From: Heteronotia binoei
Lineage: Eukaryota
Length of the DNA: 64,000 bases
NCBI RefSeq assembly: GCF_032191835.1
Contig: NC_083237.1
Coordinates: 23,932,001 to 23,996,000 of the forward strand
Reading direction: 5' to 3'
Part shown: piece after piece, positions 35,587 through 46,700 of the stretch
How positions within the stretch are numbered: position 1 is the first letter of the stretch
How the letters are laid out: every line of letters starts with the position of its first letter
The notes under the pieces: generated by a model
What the model saw: the letters and a program-made list of their open reading frames with translations, nothing else
Told to the model about the DNA's origin: nothing
Database searches by the model: none
Made by a program: the position numbers and the translations under genes

Positions 35587-35752
35587 AAGTATCTCCTTAG
35601 AAGTGCTCCCTTGAAGTGAACTGCCAAGTCTGCAATGAGAAAGCAAGCGTGCAGATTGCACAAGTAAGAGTTACGCACGTGGCTGTATCAACAGTACTTA
35701 CAGAGCTTCCCAGTGTGTGATTCTAAGCAGAGCTACACCCTTCTATCTAAAC

Positions 35753-36296
35753 CAGGGGTGTCAAACTCATTTGTTACAAGGGTCAGATCTGACATAAATG
35801 AGACTTTGTTGGGCCAGGCAATGTGTGTCATAAAATGTAATGCCAGGTAGTGGAGATAAACTTTATAAAGGACACAAACACAAAGATTTTTTTAAAGCTT
35901 AAAATAAAACATGCTTAAAACATCAGCACTCGTGGGTCTTAAAGGTGCTTTCTTTGTATCTCTCCCATGTGATCCAGGGAACTGGGCAAAGTTCTGGTTC
36001 TTTCCTCCCTTTCCCAGGGGACTAGGAGGGGAGGAGCCTCAGTCAATAGAAGGAAGAAAGGCTTGGCTCAGTAGCTCTGTTGTGCAATTGAAATAGCCTA
36101 GCAAAGCTCCTCCCTAAGGAAGGCGCCCCAGTCAATGGAGAAATTAGAGATTTTGCGCTGTAGCTCCTGTGTGATTGAGCATGTCTGGCAAAGCAAGAGA
36201 TGCAGAAGGAAGCAAGAGAGAGGGAGAAGGAAGCAGATGACAGCCAGTTGCTCAGGGGCCTGATTCAGACCCCAGGCCACATGTTTGACGTCCCTG
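35753..36296 (+). mobile_element. hAT-type non-autonomous element, 544 bp
   Basis: TIRs CAGGGGTGTCAAAC / GTTTGACGTCCCTG. Perfect 8-bp TSD ATCTAAAC at 35745-35752 and 36297-36304. Confidence 0.9.
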
Positions 36297-37759
36297 ATCT
36301 AAACCCAGTGACTTCAATGGACTTATGCTCAGAAATGCACTCATAGTTACCAGTGATGTCAACAAATTCAAGACCTGTATTTGATAAATCATTTTATTTT
36401 AAACAATTTGATCATTACTCCATTTAAATATATCCACATATTACTGAACCCTTAAAATTTGAGGCTTTTTAGTGACTCAAAAGGAAAACTAACTTGCAGT
36501 CAAATAAGAAAAGTTACCACTAATTGCTAAAAGGAAAGACATCTTGCCTATTTTCTTTGCTGTGTCCAGGTTACAACAGAACAGACCCCAAACAACCCTA
36601 CAGATTAAACAACTATACCCTTACCTAGCAGCACCGCAAATCCCAACTCCAGTAATTAACTCAATCCTTCTCACACCGTTTAGGAATAAGTCCATGGGAT
36701 ACAGTAGGACTTTTTTCCAGATAGACACACACATGATCACACTGTACCCTTCTTGTTCTTGGAAATTTCACAAACCTTCAGCTCCAAAGCACAACAAAAT
36801 ATTCCAGCTGGTGCCAGAATAATCTGTTCCATCTCATCCATCTTCTCTTTGCAGTTTGATTGACTACATACAACTCTAGGAAACTTATACAGACATTACT
36901 CAAAGCAGGAAGCAGAGAGTTTATGACAGCCCTAGAAGTAAAACTCCACTAAACTTCCAGAAATATACTCAAAGTACTCGGCTGTTTTTCTCCCTGTGAA
37001 TACAATCATAGCCCTAGTCTTGTACAAAAAGTGCTAACCAAGTTTTGGCCCAGAAATAATGCACTTAATTGGATGTTAAGACAGACCGAAGGCAAAGAAA
37101 TTGAAATAAAATTTGGCTAGGACGTCAAGACAGGCTGAGATGGTAAGATTTCACCCCCAGAGGGGGAGAAGGCATTACATGGGTGCATGAGCTTCTAAAA
37201 TAAAACCAGGAAGGCCTTAATAAGATTCTAAGAATATCTATACAATTAACTTGAGGAATTAATACTCCATATTTTTTTAGCATTCATAATTTTGAGGAAT
37301 TCCTGTCTGCAAAATTTTTGTTATTGTAATGTGTGCTATTCATGCATGTTGGGGTGTTTATTGGGTCAAAGGAGATGTTTGGGGCTCACACCTCTCCTGT
37401 TTCTTTAGTTTGTAGTCTTGTACAAGTCACATGTCTTTGTATAATCCATCATTATACTTCTACCAATGGTCAGCTAAATGCTTCTGAAAAGCTTACAAGC
37501 AACGTATGAGGGCAGCAGTGTCCCTCTATTGTTCATCTGCCATATCTAGCCATACATACACTGCCTCTGACCCATTTAGCTATTAGAGCTGATAAGAAAG
37601 GCTAGCATGGTCAGAGTTGGGGTGAACCAGGTAAGAGGCACTTGAGGGTGCTGAGATGTGCAGTGGAAATGGCTTGGTAATAAGAGTTGGAACACCCCTA
37701 CTTTTCCAAGGCATCAGTATGTCCTACTCACAATCCTACTTGACCCTTCCTTCAACATG

Positions 37760-38215
37760 CCAACAGGTCATAAGAGTATAAAAATGCACTTTGCTGCACC
37801 AGACTAGTGGTCCATCCACTCCAGCATCCTGTTCTCCACCATGGCCAATCAGATCATAGAGGTCCATTTTGCTTCCTAATTCAAAAATTTACAACCTCTG
37901 GATGTGGAAGTTCCCTTTATCCATCATGGCTAGTAGCTGTTGATAGACCTATTCTCCATGAATCTGCCTTGTGCCCTTTAAAGTCATTTATGTCTTCACT
38001 ATGTCATTTATGGCCATCACTACATCCTGTGGCAGTTGATTCTACAATTTAGCTACCTGTTGCGTGATGTTGTATTTCCTTTCATCTGTCCTGAATCTAT
38101 TGCCCATCAACTACATTGGATGCTCCCAAGTTCTAGTATTATGAGAGGAAGACCAATCTTCTCTCTATCCACTTTCTCCACCCCATGCATCATTTTATAA
38201 GCCACTATCACCACC
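37760..38215 (-). mobile_element. CR1 LINE 3' fragment
   Basis: The reverse complement parallels the CR1 at 10760-11240 (ATGCATGGGGTGGAGAAAGTGGATAGAGAG, TGATGGGCAATAGATTCAGGACAGATGAAAGG). Confidence 0.75.
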
Positions 38216-38254
38216 CACACATCTGTTATCTGTATTTTTCTAAACTTAACTTAC

Positions 38255-38572
38255 CCTGCTTGGATGATATCCCTAAATGTACATCATGGTTCTCTTTTCT
38301 GCATCAAAGTTGCATGCCATGGTGGGTGGGCAGCAGAACGTGCCCTTTGCTACCATCTTGGAGCGCTGAGCAATAGAAACAGTACCATCCCAGCTGAGAG
38401 ATCCTATCAATCCAAGGTGGTAATATCCGTTGGTGGTCTGCAGAGGTCTAAGTGACGCAGTTTGCAGTAACAAGCCAAGCCACGTGTTGGACCGTGACTG
38501 GCAGAGCACATCTCCAGTCCCAAGTTTCCAGGATTAAGAAAAGGAATGAAGAATGCCCCTTTAGCACTGGAG
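38255..38572 (-). other. Candidate non-coding 5' UTR exon of the ZNF581-like gene
   Basis: Strong minus-strand donor AGG|GTAAGT at 38255/38254 and acceptor ctgtcttgtctcctgtag at 38573. An in-frame TGA at 38286 blocks N-terminal extension. Confidence 0.45.
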
Positions 38573-38999
38573 CTACAGGAGACAAGACAGTCCCAGTCTG
38601 ATAAGTGCCAATCCAAGAAGCTGTAAGGTCTCCCAAGCTCAGCAAGGGGGGGCGATCTTGAAGAAACGATGCAGGAGAGGTGGCCTCCATCCAGTGGGCA
38701 CAGCTGGCAGCAAGCAACGCCAACGCATCCTGACGAGGGTGAAAAGATCCGTGCTGGTTATCTGTCCTGAGATTTGGTGAAGTTGGCAGCGACCATCCCA
38801 ACCCTTGGAAGGGTCCCTGTGACAGAGCGGATGCAAATCAGGATAATCTTCCAAAGATGCCTGCTGCAGCCCCTCCCCAGCCCTCGCCCCCCCGCAACCA
38901 AAGAGCAATAGTGGGGGATCCAGGTCAGGGTACCTATCGCCCCCTTCCTTCCAGCCCGATCCTCAGCCACAATATCATATCCAATCACCTAAAGGAAGA

Positions 39000-39700
39000 A
39001 GGAAGAAAACTAAAGGATGAAACAAGAAGGGGCTATCGAGGGAGGGAAGGGAAGATTTCGGCGGGGGGGGGTGAAGGGGGGATTTCTACCTAGCTTTGGC
39101 GGGGGGGGGGGGCTGAAGGTGGAGGAGAAGGAGGCGGAGTGGGTGTCACAGGGAAAAGAGTCCTGACGGAAACGCAGCGGCTTCTCCCATCGGCTCATGA
39201 TGGAGAGGTTCCCAGATAAACACTCCACTCCACCCCCCGGGAATGGGAACGTGGGAGGTTCCCACACACCTTCCAGAGCACCGAAGAATCCGGGATCCCG
39301 GGGGCCTCCGCCCGTCGCCCACTAGACCCTCCCTCACTTTGCTCCACCTCCTCTCTCAGAGGAGGGCTTCCTTTGCCCGCAGCCTCGGAATCTGTTTGCA
39401 GCCCTGAAACACGATAGGAAGCGATCTCCCAAGACAGAACCTGCAGCACCTTGAGCCTCCTCAACTGAGAGGCATCACAGGTAAGTCAAGCCCCTTTCAG
39501 CTGGCACCAACGGAGGAGAGTTTTGCATGCCGGGGTTGGGGTTTGTGCGCCTTCCTTGAAGCACCCCAGGACAGCTCGTCTTAGGCTGAGGTTTTGGAGC
39601 TAACTTCTCCCTCCTCCCCAGTCGGCCTCAGCGGTACTTGCAATATGCACGCGGACACACACACACTCACACGTTAAATTCGGCAGAGAATGCACGTTGC
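39000..39700. promoter_or_regulatory. CpG/G-rich island, candidate bidirectional promoter. Plus-strand exon ends at donor CAG|GTAAGT (39480)
   Basis: CpG-rich, long G tracts (39061-39113), TGACGGAAAC ETS/CRE-like motif at ~39164, perfect plus-strand donor. It is the nearest island upstream of the minus-strand ZNF581-like exons. Confidence 0.55.
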
Positions 39701-41689
39701 TAACCCCGCCCACCTCTGTTCTTACCCAGACAAGATACCAACAGTTGTCAGACCCCTACGTGGTCTTGGATTCCCCTCCCGCTGGCCACACGTTAGACCC
39801 CCCTGCTCTTAGGGATGTCGACAGGCCTGAAGAAATCTGTTCTGTCCCTTTAACGGTGGTTCAAGAGGCTGTCGTTTATCAGGTGATGGCATTTACCTCT
39901 ATGCCATGAGGAGCTTTAATTGGCTATTCTCACCCGTTAAGCCTTTCTTAAAGGGATAGGCCATTTTCCTCCAGGCTTGTTGGCAACCCTGTCTTCTTCC
40001 TTCCTTCCAACAGAGAATCCAGAAGAACCAGTTCCCTTCCACGAATATGCATGTTCTATTTCATGTTTCACATATACCACATACACCCTTTGGTGTTTGC
40101 AGGCAAAGCTGAAGCCCCAGCCACCAATGAAGAAGACTTCAGTAGGTGAACCTTCAGCATGGTGAAGTAGGGTTGGGGAAAATAAAAAATCAACAGGCAA
40201 AACTTTCCCCCAGAGTTACACTTTTAGGCTGATGCAAAATGGCACATGTGTTTTTTCCTTGTTTATAATGCAACTGGTGATGGCACAAGAGTTCTTGGGG
40301 AGGGGATAGAAGAAGGAAAGAGAAGTAAGGTTTCCTGATAGCTTTTCCAGAAGCTCTTTTTGTACTAATGAATAGGGGCAGCAAGGAGGTCAGAATGTGC
40401 AGTGGGGGGGGGCCTTTATAGAGCATCAGATCATGAGAAGGAAGGCGGGAAGGGTTGCATCAATGCTTAGTTCTTGTGGCCCTTTCTCACATACCCAAGG
40501 AAATGCTGATTGACACTTTTGGGTCAGTCAGCAATTTGTCTCCAGGCCAGTTTAGCAAGGGATTCTTGAGTTTTTGCCATCTTGTGGGCAAGCAGCAGGG
40601 GTCACTGGGGATGTGTGTGTGTGTGGGGAGGCATTTGTGAATTTCCTGCATTGTGCATGTGGTTGGACTAGATCTCTTCCAACTCTGATTCTATCATGAT
40701 CTCCACAGGCTTGTGGTTCTTTCCATTTGGCAACATAACAGTACTAACTGGTGATGCCTTAAGGACTTTTCATAATTTGGCACTAGAATTTAATGGGAGG
40801 TATGAAAGTCGGAATGACTCCTGGGCTCTTTGATACAATGGTGAAAATCTAGACATTGGAACAAGATACTATTTTTTTTTAAATCTCCTTACAGAAGAGA
40901 TTTTGAGTCCCACTGTCAGCAGTGATGTTCATTTCAATAAGAATTTCTTTGTTCCATTCTCTTTGCTATCTGTTGCAAGAGTGGGTTGCATTTGTAAAGC
41001 ACGAGAGCTCTTAGCAAGCAAGGTGCAGCTAGTCTGTGTAGTGATCCTGAATCTGCTGTTGTGCTTAACAACATAGGAACTGTCTTCCCAAAGTTGACCA
41101 AGGTTCACCTAGTCCAGTAATCAGAAAATGCTTGGCAGACCACTGGAAGTTGGCCAGGAATTAACTAGTGGATCATGATTTACTTTAAGTTCATCCATCC
41201 TTGATCTTGTAAATTCAGCTTCTCTCACAAAATAGCAGGACTGTGGGCTTCTACCTTGCTGCTCTTCTAGATCCATGTTCTCTACCCAGAGAATCCCAAG
41301 ATATGACCCCCTGTGTCAGACATTTGTGGGAAGGCATTTATTTGGACCCAGACTATTTTTCCATGGCAGCATGGAATGTTCCTGCCTCCCCCCTCCCACT
41401 GCAACCTGGTGATCTCCACAAAAGGCTTCTTCTAAGAATAGGAGACTTTGAGGAATTACATGTGGGTGGGGTGATCTGCAGCAGGAAGGGGGAGCCCATT
41501 GACCCTTTTAAGGGTACTCTCCTGATGAATTCAGTGTGTGTGTGTATTGTTATTTGAACCAGAGACTGTAGTGTGTCAAAAACTGTTAAGAATGAAAGGG
41601 TGTCAGTAAATATTAGGAATGAAATCTCCACAGTTAGAGACCTTTTGAGTACCAGATACCAAGAGCTTTTGTTGTTGTTGCCATCAAAT

Positions 41690-41860
41690 CACAGCAGACT
41701 TATGGCGATCCCTTTGGGTTTTCAAGACAAGAGACATTCAGAGGTGCTTTGCCATTGCCTCTCTCCATGCATGACCATCATACTTCTTTGGTGGTCTTCC
41801 AAACAAATACTAGCCAGGGCAGCCCTGCTTAGCTTTTAAGATCTGATGAAACTGGGCTAG
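41690..41860 (-). mobile_element. 5S-derived SINE
   Basis: GGTGGTCTTCCAAACAAATACTAGCCAGGGCAGCCCTGCTTAGCTTTTAAGATCTGATGA is reverse-complement 5S-like, attached to the family body. Confidence 0.7.
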
Positions 41861-42939
41861 CATTGTCTCCCTCAAGGCTACCACTATCCCAGCCTGATTG
41901 TGAGGCTTGTGAAAGCGCTAAAATCACAATGTATTGCATCCTAAAAAACACATTCCCCTACATTTTGAGCTGTGGGGAACTTTGCACAAGACCATTTTGC
42001 TGCTTGCAGATGGGGGGGAGGGGAGAGAACCAGCTCTTGCTCATTCTTTCCTCTCAGAAACAATTGTATAAATTCCACCTGCCATTCTTCCACTTGCCAC
42101 ACCCAACTCTCTCTCACAAACACATAGAGATACACACAGCCATTCTTCACACAGTACGCAGAAAGCTATGGAAGGAAAACTCAGTGTAGCTATTATTCCC
42201 TTACACATGCTCATGTGTGTGCACACATCTTATCTATACACCAAGAGAGAGAGAGAGAACAGATTTTAGTTGGAGGGCATGTGATATATTCAGGGTAAGG
42301 CCTTTCTTTGCCTCAGGGCTTCTTCCACCTGCTGGGATAATGACCAGGCACTGGGATCCTATTTTTAGTCTTAATTATGGGTTTTGGCATTAAAATCAAG
42401 TCTGTTCCTGCAGATTCTAGGTTCTGTTTTGGCACATTCCTGCATCCTTGCCCCCCCCCCCCATACTCCCCTGCATTCTTCCATAGCTGTCTATGTCACA
42501 GTCATGGCAAAGGTTTTCTCTTACTTGTTGATTACATTTCTTTATATCACTTAAGCCCACCTGTGAGTTCCCTTTTTACATGAAGATTAGCATATAGCAC
42601 ACTTGGCAGTATTGTCTGTCCACCCAACCAGTGCAGTTTCCCATCCCCTTCTTCTGGGGCCTCTGCATTTGTCTCAACCAAAGAAAGGATTGTTGAGTAA
42701 GGAACATTTAGGCCTGAATGGCATTCATGGGGGAGATTCAGAGGACGATTTATGCTCAGAGTCTGATTCTGGCTATGTTTTTAGATGGGGAGCAACCTCC
42801 CCTCCCTCTCCCCCCAGACATATTAGTTTATAAGAAATTATCTAAATTAATTTTAAAAAAGGATGAGGAAGGTCAAAGAGGAAGGAAGGAAAATAGATGG
42901 GAAATAGAGAGGTAGAAATAAAGCAGCGTTAACTTCTTT

Positions 42940-43102
42940 AACTTTAAATTCGTTCTGGCTGGCTGGCTTGGCTTAGAGAAGAGATTTAAAGAGACAAATG
43001 TCTTCTCCAAGCCAGCTGATGGGACAGTGGGGGCTTTGAGAGCCACACAGTATGTGTGAAAGAGCCACATGTGGCTCCCAAGCTGCAGTTTGGCCACCCC
43101 TG
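42940..43102 (-). mobile_element. hAT MITE family B, partial
   Basis: Ends in GTTTGGCCACCCCTG with the AAGAGCCACATGTGGCTCC core. The other end is missing. Confidence 0.65.
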
Positions 43103-43527
43103 GGTTAAATCCTATCAGGTTTTTCACTCACTTTTGCCCAGTTTTCTATTTTATTACAGCCATGTAGGTTCTCTGTTCCTTAGCTAAGCCCTTTTTGAGA
43201 GGACCTCTTCCTGCATTTTTATCAGCAGAAAAAACTAGTTGGGTTCAATCCATTGTAACATGGCCTTTGTTGGCTTTATTACACTTTTTATTATATATTT
43301 TATTTTAAATATTTTATGCTCCTTAACCGTAGACTCAGAGAAATGTACAAATGAATTAAAACATACACTAAAACCATAAAACAGCAAAAAAAAAATCAAA
43401 TCCACAATAAAATAGCAAACAGCGTTCAAACCGCAACAACCCAAATCCAGTCTAAGGGGACTGTCTTGCACTATCTGTGGAAACTGTGCAAGATAATGTT
43501 GCATACTGCATCTGGTCTGGTAAAGAA

Positions 43528-43720
43528 TCAAAGAGCTGTGGCTCAGTGGCAGGGCCTCTGCATAGCAAACAGAAGGCCCTGGGCATCACTCGTAAAAAGG
43601 ATCCGCTAGTAGGAGATGTGAAAGATATCTATTAGATAACCTGAAGAGCTGAACCAGTTAGAGTAGATGATACTGACCTTGAAGGACCAATAGTTTGACT
43701 CAGTATAATGCAGCTGGGTG
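43528..43720 (+). mobile_element. tRNA-derived SINE
   Basis: TGTGGCTCAGTGG head and body matching 14034-14236. Confidence 0.65.
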
Positions 43721-43824
43721 CATTCAGTTCCAGAGGAGCAGGGCTGGCTGTAATTTAATAACCTCTAGAATAACTACAGCTGTCACTTGATAAAGTGGAG
43801 GGATTTCAAGAAGCCTGGCTGAGC

Positions 43825-44285
43825 TGATCTTATGGCAATCCTGTAGGGTTTTCAAGGCAAAGAGATGAAGAGAGATGGTTTGCCATTGCCTGCCTCTGTA
43901 TAGCAACCCAGGTTTTTCTTGGTGGTCTCTCATCCAAATACTAACCGGGGCCAACCCTGTTTAGCATCTGAGATCTGACGAAGAAGATTTTGGATTTATA
44001 TCCCGCCCTATACTCTGAATCTCAGAGTCTCAGAGTAGTCACAATCTCCTCTACCTCCCCCCCCACAAACACTCTGTGAGGTAGGTGGGGCTGAGAGTGC
44101 TTTTATAGCAGCTGCCCTTTCAAGGACAGCTTCTACGAAAGCTATGGCTGACCCAAGGCCATCTCAACAGGTGCAAGTGGAGTAGTCGGGAAACAAACCC
44201 GGTTCTCCCAGATAAGAGTCCCGCACACTTATCCACTACACCAAACTAGCTCTCTTGACGAGATCAAGCTGGCCTTGGCCCCAGG
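43825..44285 (-). mobile_element. 5S-derived SINE with a Squam3-like SINE (43985-44255) inserted in it
   Basis: 5S-like sequence breaks at GATCTGACGA (43972-43981) and resumes as TGACGAGATCAAGCT (44256). TGACGA is duplicated around the reverse-oriented tRNA SINE. Confidence 0.75.
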
Positions 44286-45039
44286 GCTGGCCCTAGACTA
44301 GCTGGCACCATAGGCAAAGCTAACTTCTGGCACCCCTCCTTCCACACTGATAACCAATTTTGAAAAACAGATGAATTGTAAGAAAAATGAAAAGCACAAA
44401 GCTTGAAATTGCTCCCTGACCTGGATAGCCCAGGTCACTCAGTCATGTGGGGGATGCCCAGTTTGGTGCCCTCAGAAGGCCAGTGCCCTGGGGAATCACC
44501 TGGTTTGCCTAGTGGCAGGGCCGGCTCTACTTGGCCCTCTATGAATTTGTCTAACCCACTTTTAAAGCACTGCGGTCAGTGTGGCAGTGAGCTCCATAAC
44601 TGGATAGTTCAGTCTACAAAGATGCACTTTCTTTTAACCGGACTATACTGCCCATTGACTTAAACTTGTTGCCTCAGAGTTCTTGGGAGAAAGAGAAGAA
44701 AATTCTTTCTATCCATTTTCTCCATTGAGACCAGCAACAATTTCCCCTTCACGTCTATATTTTATGAGTTGCTTAAGGCCTCCTCGGCGGCCTTAAGCAA
44801 CTAAATAAATAAATGATTGGATTTTAGTGTGTTGGGCATAGAAGAGCTGGAAGGGGGGGGGGTGAGTTCACCAGTGCTTAGATCTAGACCAGATTTAAGG
44901 ACTGTGTTCAGGGACAGATGACATAACTTTCAAGAAATCCTGAGCCCTATTAACTTTCATTTTCTGTATAAAGCAGTGTCTATATAGAAATAGATATACA
45001 GTTGTAAATGTTTCAGTGTCTATTGCTGATTGCTAGGGA

Positions 45040-45315
45040 AGTTTGGTTTGTTGAGGGGAGGAGGTTGCTATGAGGTCACAACAGACTTATGGCGACCCTG
45101 CAGGGTTTTCAGGGCAAGAGATGTTCAGACGTGGTTTGCCTCTGTTGAGATCCTGGACTTCCTTGGGGGCCAGGGCATATTTGTTGTGTTCGTTGTGGTT
45201 GCAATCAAGTAAAGTTGCAGCTGACTTATGGCGACCCCTTGTGGGGTTTTCAGGACGAGACGTTCGGAAGTAGTTTGCCATTGCTTGCCTCTGCATTATG
45301 GCCCTGGTATTCCTA
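45040..45315 (-). mobile_element. Two tandem tail fragments of the 5S-SINE family
   Basis: GACTTATGGCGACCC..GGGTTTTCAGG occurs at 45084 and 45223. Confidence 0.6.
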
Positions 45316-45485
45316 AAACAAACAATAAATGCTCTCATCCATGGGCTCAGGACTTGACAAACAAAATGTCTTCAGGGCTGAGCATTATCTGACATACGGG
45401 AAACCCGTTTAGGGGGTGAGGGGAGAGGGATGTGTGTGTGAAATTAGGCCTTTGGATACGCAGAACAGTTTGACCGGACTAATCA

Positions 45486-45940
45486 GTGGAGGTGCGCTGG
45501 GCAGGGCATATTTCTAGGATGGAAAACCACCGCCTTCCCAAGATTGCCCTGTATGGCGAACTCTCCACCGGCCATCGAAATAGAGGGGCACCAAAGAAGA
45601 GGTACAAGGACTCCTTGAAGAAATCCCTTAGCACCTGTTGCATCAACCATCACCAGTGGTCTGACCTAGCCTCAGATCGCAAAGCATGGAGGCACACCAT
45701 CCACCAGGCTGTCTCTTCCTTTGAGAACACACGCATAGCTGGTCTTGAGGACAAAAGGAGATTGAGGAAGAATCGCACTGCTACAGGACCAACCCTAAAT
45801 CAGACTTTTCCCTGCAGCCGCTGTGGCCGGACCTGCCTGTCCCACATTGGTCTTGTCAGCCACCAGCGAGCCTGCAGCAAACGTGGACTATTGCACCCTT
45901 CTTAAATCTTCGTTCGCGAAGCCAAGCCGAGAGAGAGAGA
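45486..45940 (+). mobile_element. RTE-clade LINE, 5'-truncated, ORF2 C-terminus intact to the stop
   Basis: RWAGHISRMENHRLPKIALYGEL..G.R.RGAPKKRYKDSLK and the terminal CSRCGRTCLSHIGLVSHQRAC zinc knuckle are typical of RTE ORF2. It ends in a short 3' UTR and a (GA)n tail. Confidence 0.88.
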
Positions 45941-46049
45941 TCTTTGGAGACAATCGGGTGGTTATTCGATCTCAGTAAATTTTCCATTCAGGGCTGTTTC
46001 ACATGGGCACTTTTATCACTTGGTTCATCGGAAGGTGAGGTGCTCACGG

Positions 46050-46700
46050 GTTCCAGATATGCGATCACCGTTCACACACGTAAAACAAACATTCGCTGTT
46101 GCGCGGATGAACAGGCACGTGTGAATTAGGCCGTGGCTTTTGCCTCCAACCACCGACGTGCCCAAGCTCAGCCGTCCTCCCTCCCCACCTTAAAGCTGCC
46201 TGGCTCCTCCTCCCTCTGCCGTCCCGCCTTTCCCCCCAGCACTTCACAGACGTTCCGTTCTGGGCTCCTTCGCTCGCTGGCTGGGGCGCTTGGCAGGACC
46301 AGGTAAGAGGGATGGTCTGGCGGGAGCCGGGCGGGAGCCGGGCGCTCCGCCTTCCTTCGCGACCCCGTCGGCCCTTCCTTGCCTGCCGCTGCCTCCTTCA
46401 CGAGGAGAGGTGCCGCTTCCCTTGAGAGCAGCCCAGAAAGCTCCCGCTTTCCCAGCCCTGGGGGCGCACCGTCCGAGGCGCACGGGAGGTCCTTTGGCGA
46501 CTCCAAAGTCCAGGGGCGCGCGTCGCTAACCCGAGGGGCCGAGGGACGAATCGCTCTTCACAGGGGAGCAGCCGGGGCCATTTTGGAGTGGGGACGACGG
46601 ACTCTTATTTTATTTTTATTTGCCAAAGGCCCTATTGGGGAGGGGGGCGCGCGACAGATCTTCACTCCCTAATTTGGCGTCATCAAAGCGGGCTGGAGTA
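46050..46700 (+). promoter_or_regulatory. CCDC106: CpG island and candidate non-coding exon 1 of CCDC106 (donor CAG|GTAAGA, exon end 46302)
   Basis: Very CpG-rich. Consensus plus-strand donor at 46303. YY1-like GCCATTTT at ~46577. It is the nearest island upstream of the ATG exon at 54813. Confidence 0.6.

Noticed and set aside
34830-35678. Antisense and alternate-frame ORFs over the ZNF581-like gene, and the ORF-track start at 35661
   Set aside because: These are shadow ORFs. The 35661 start (non-ATG) lies upstream of the acceptor at 35630, inside the intron.
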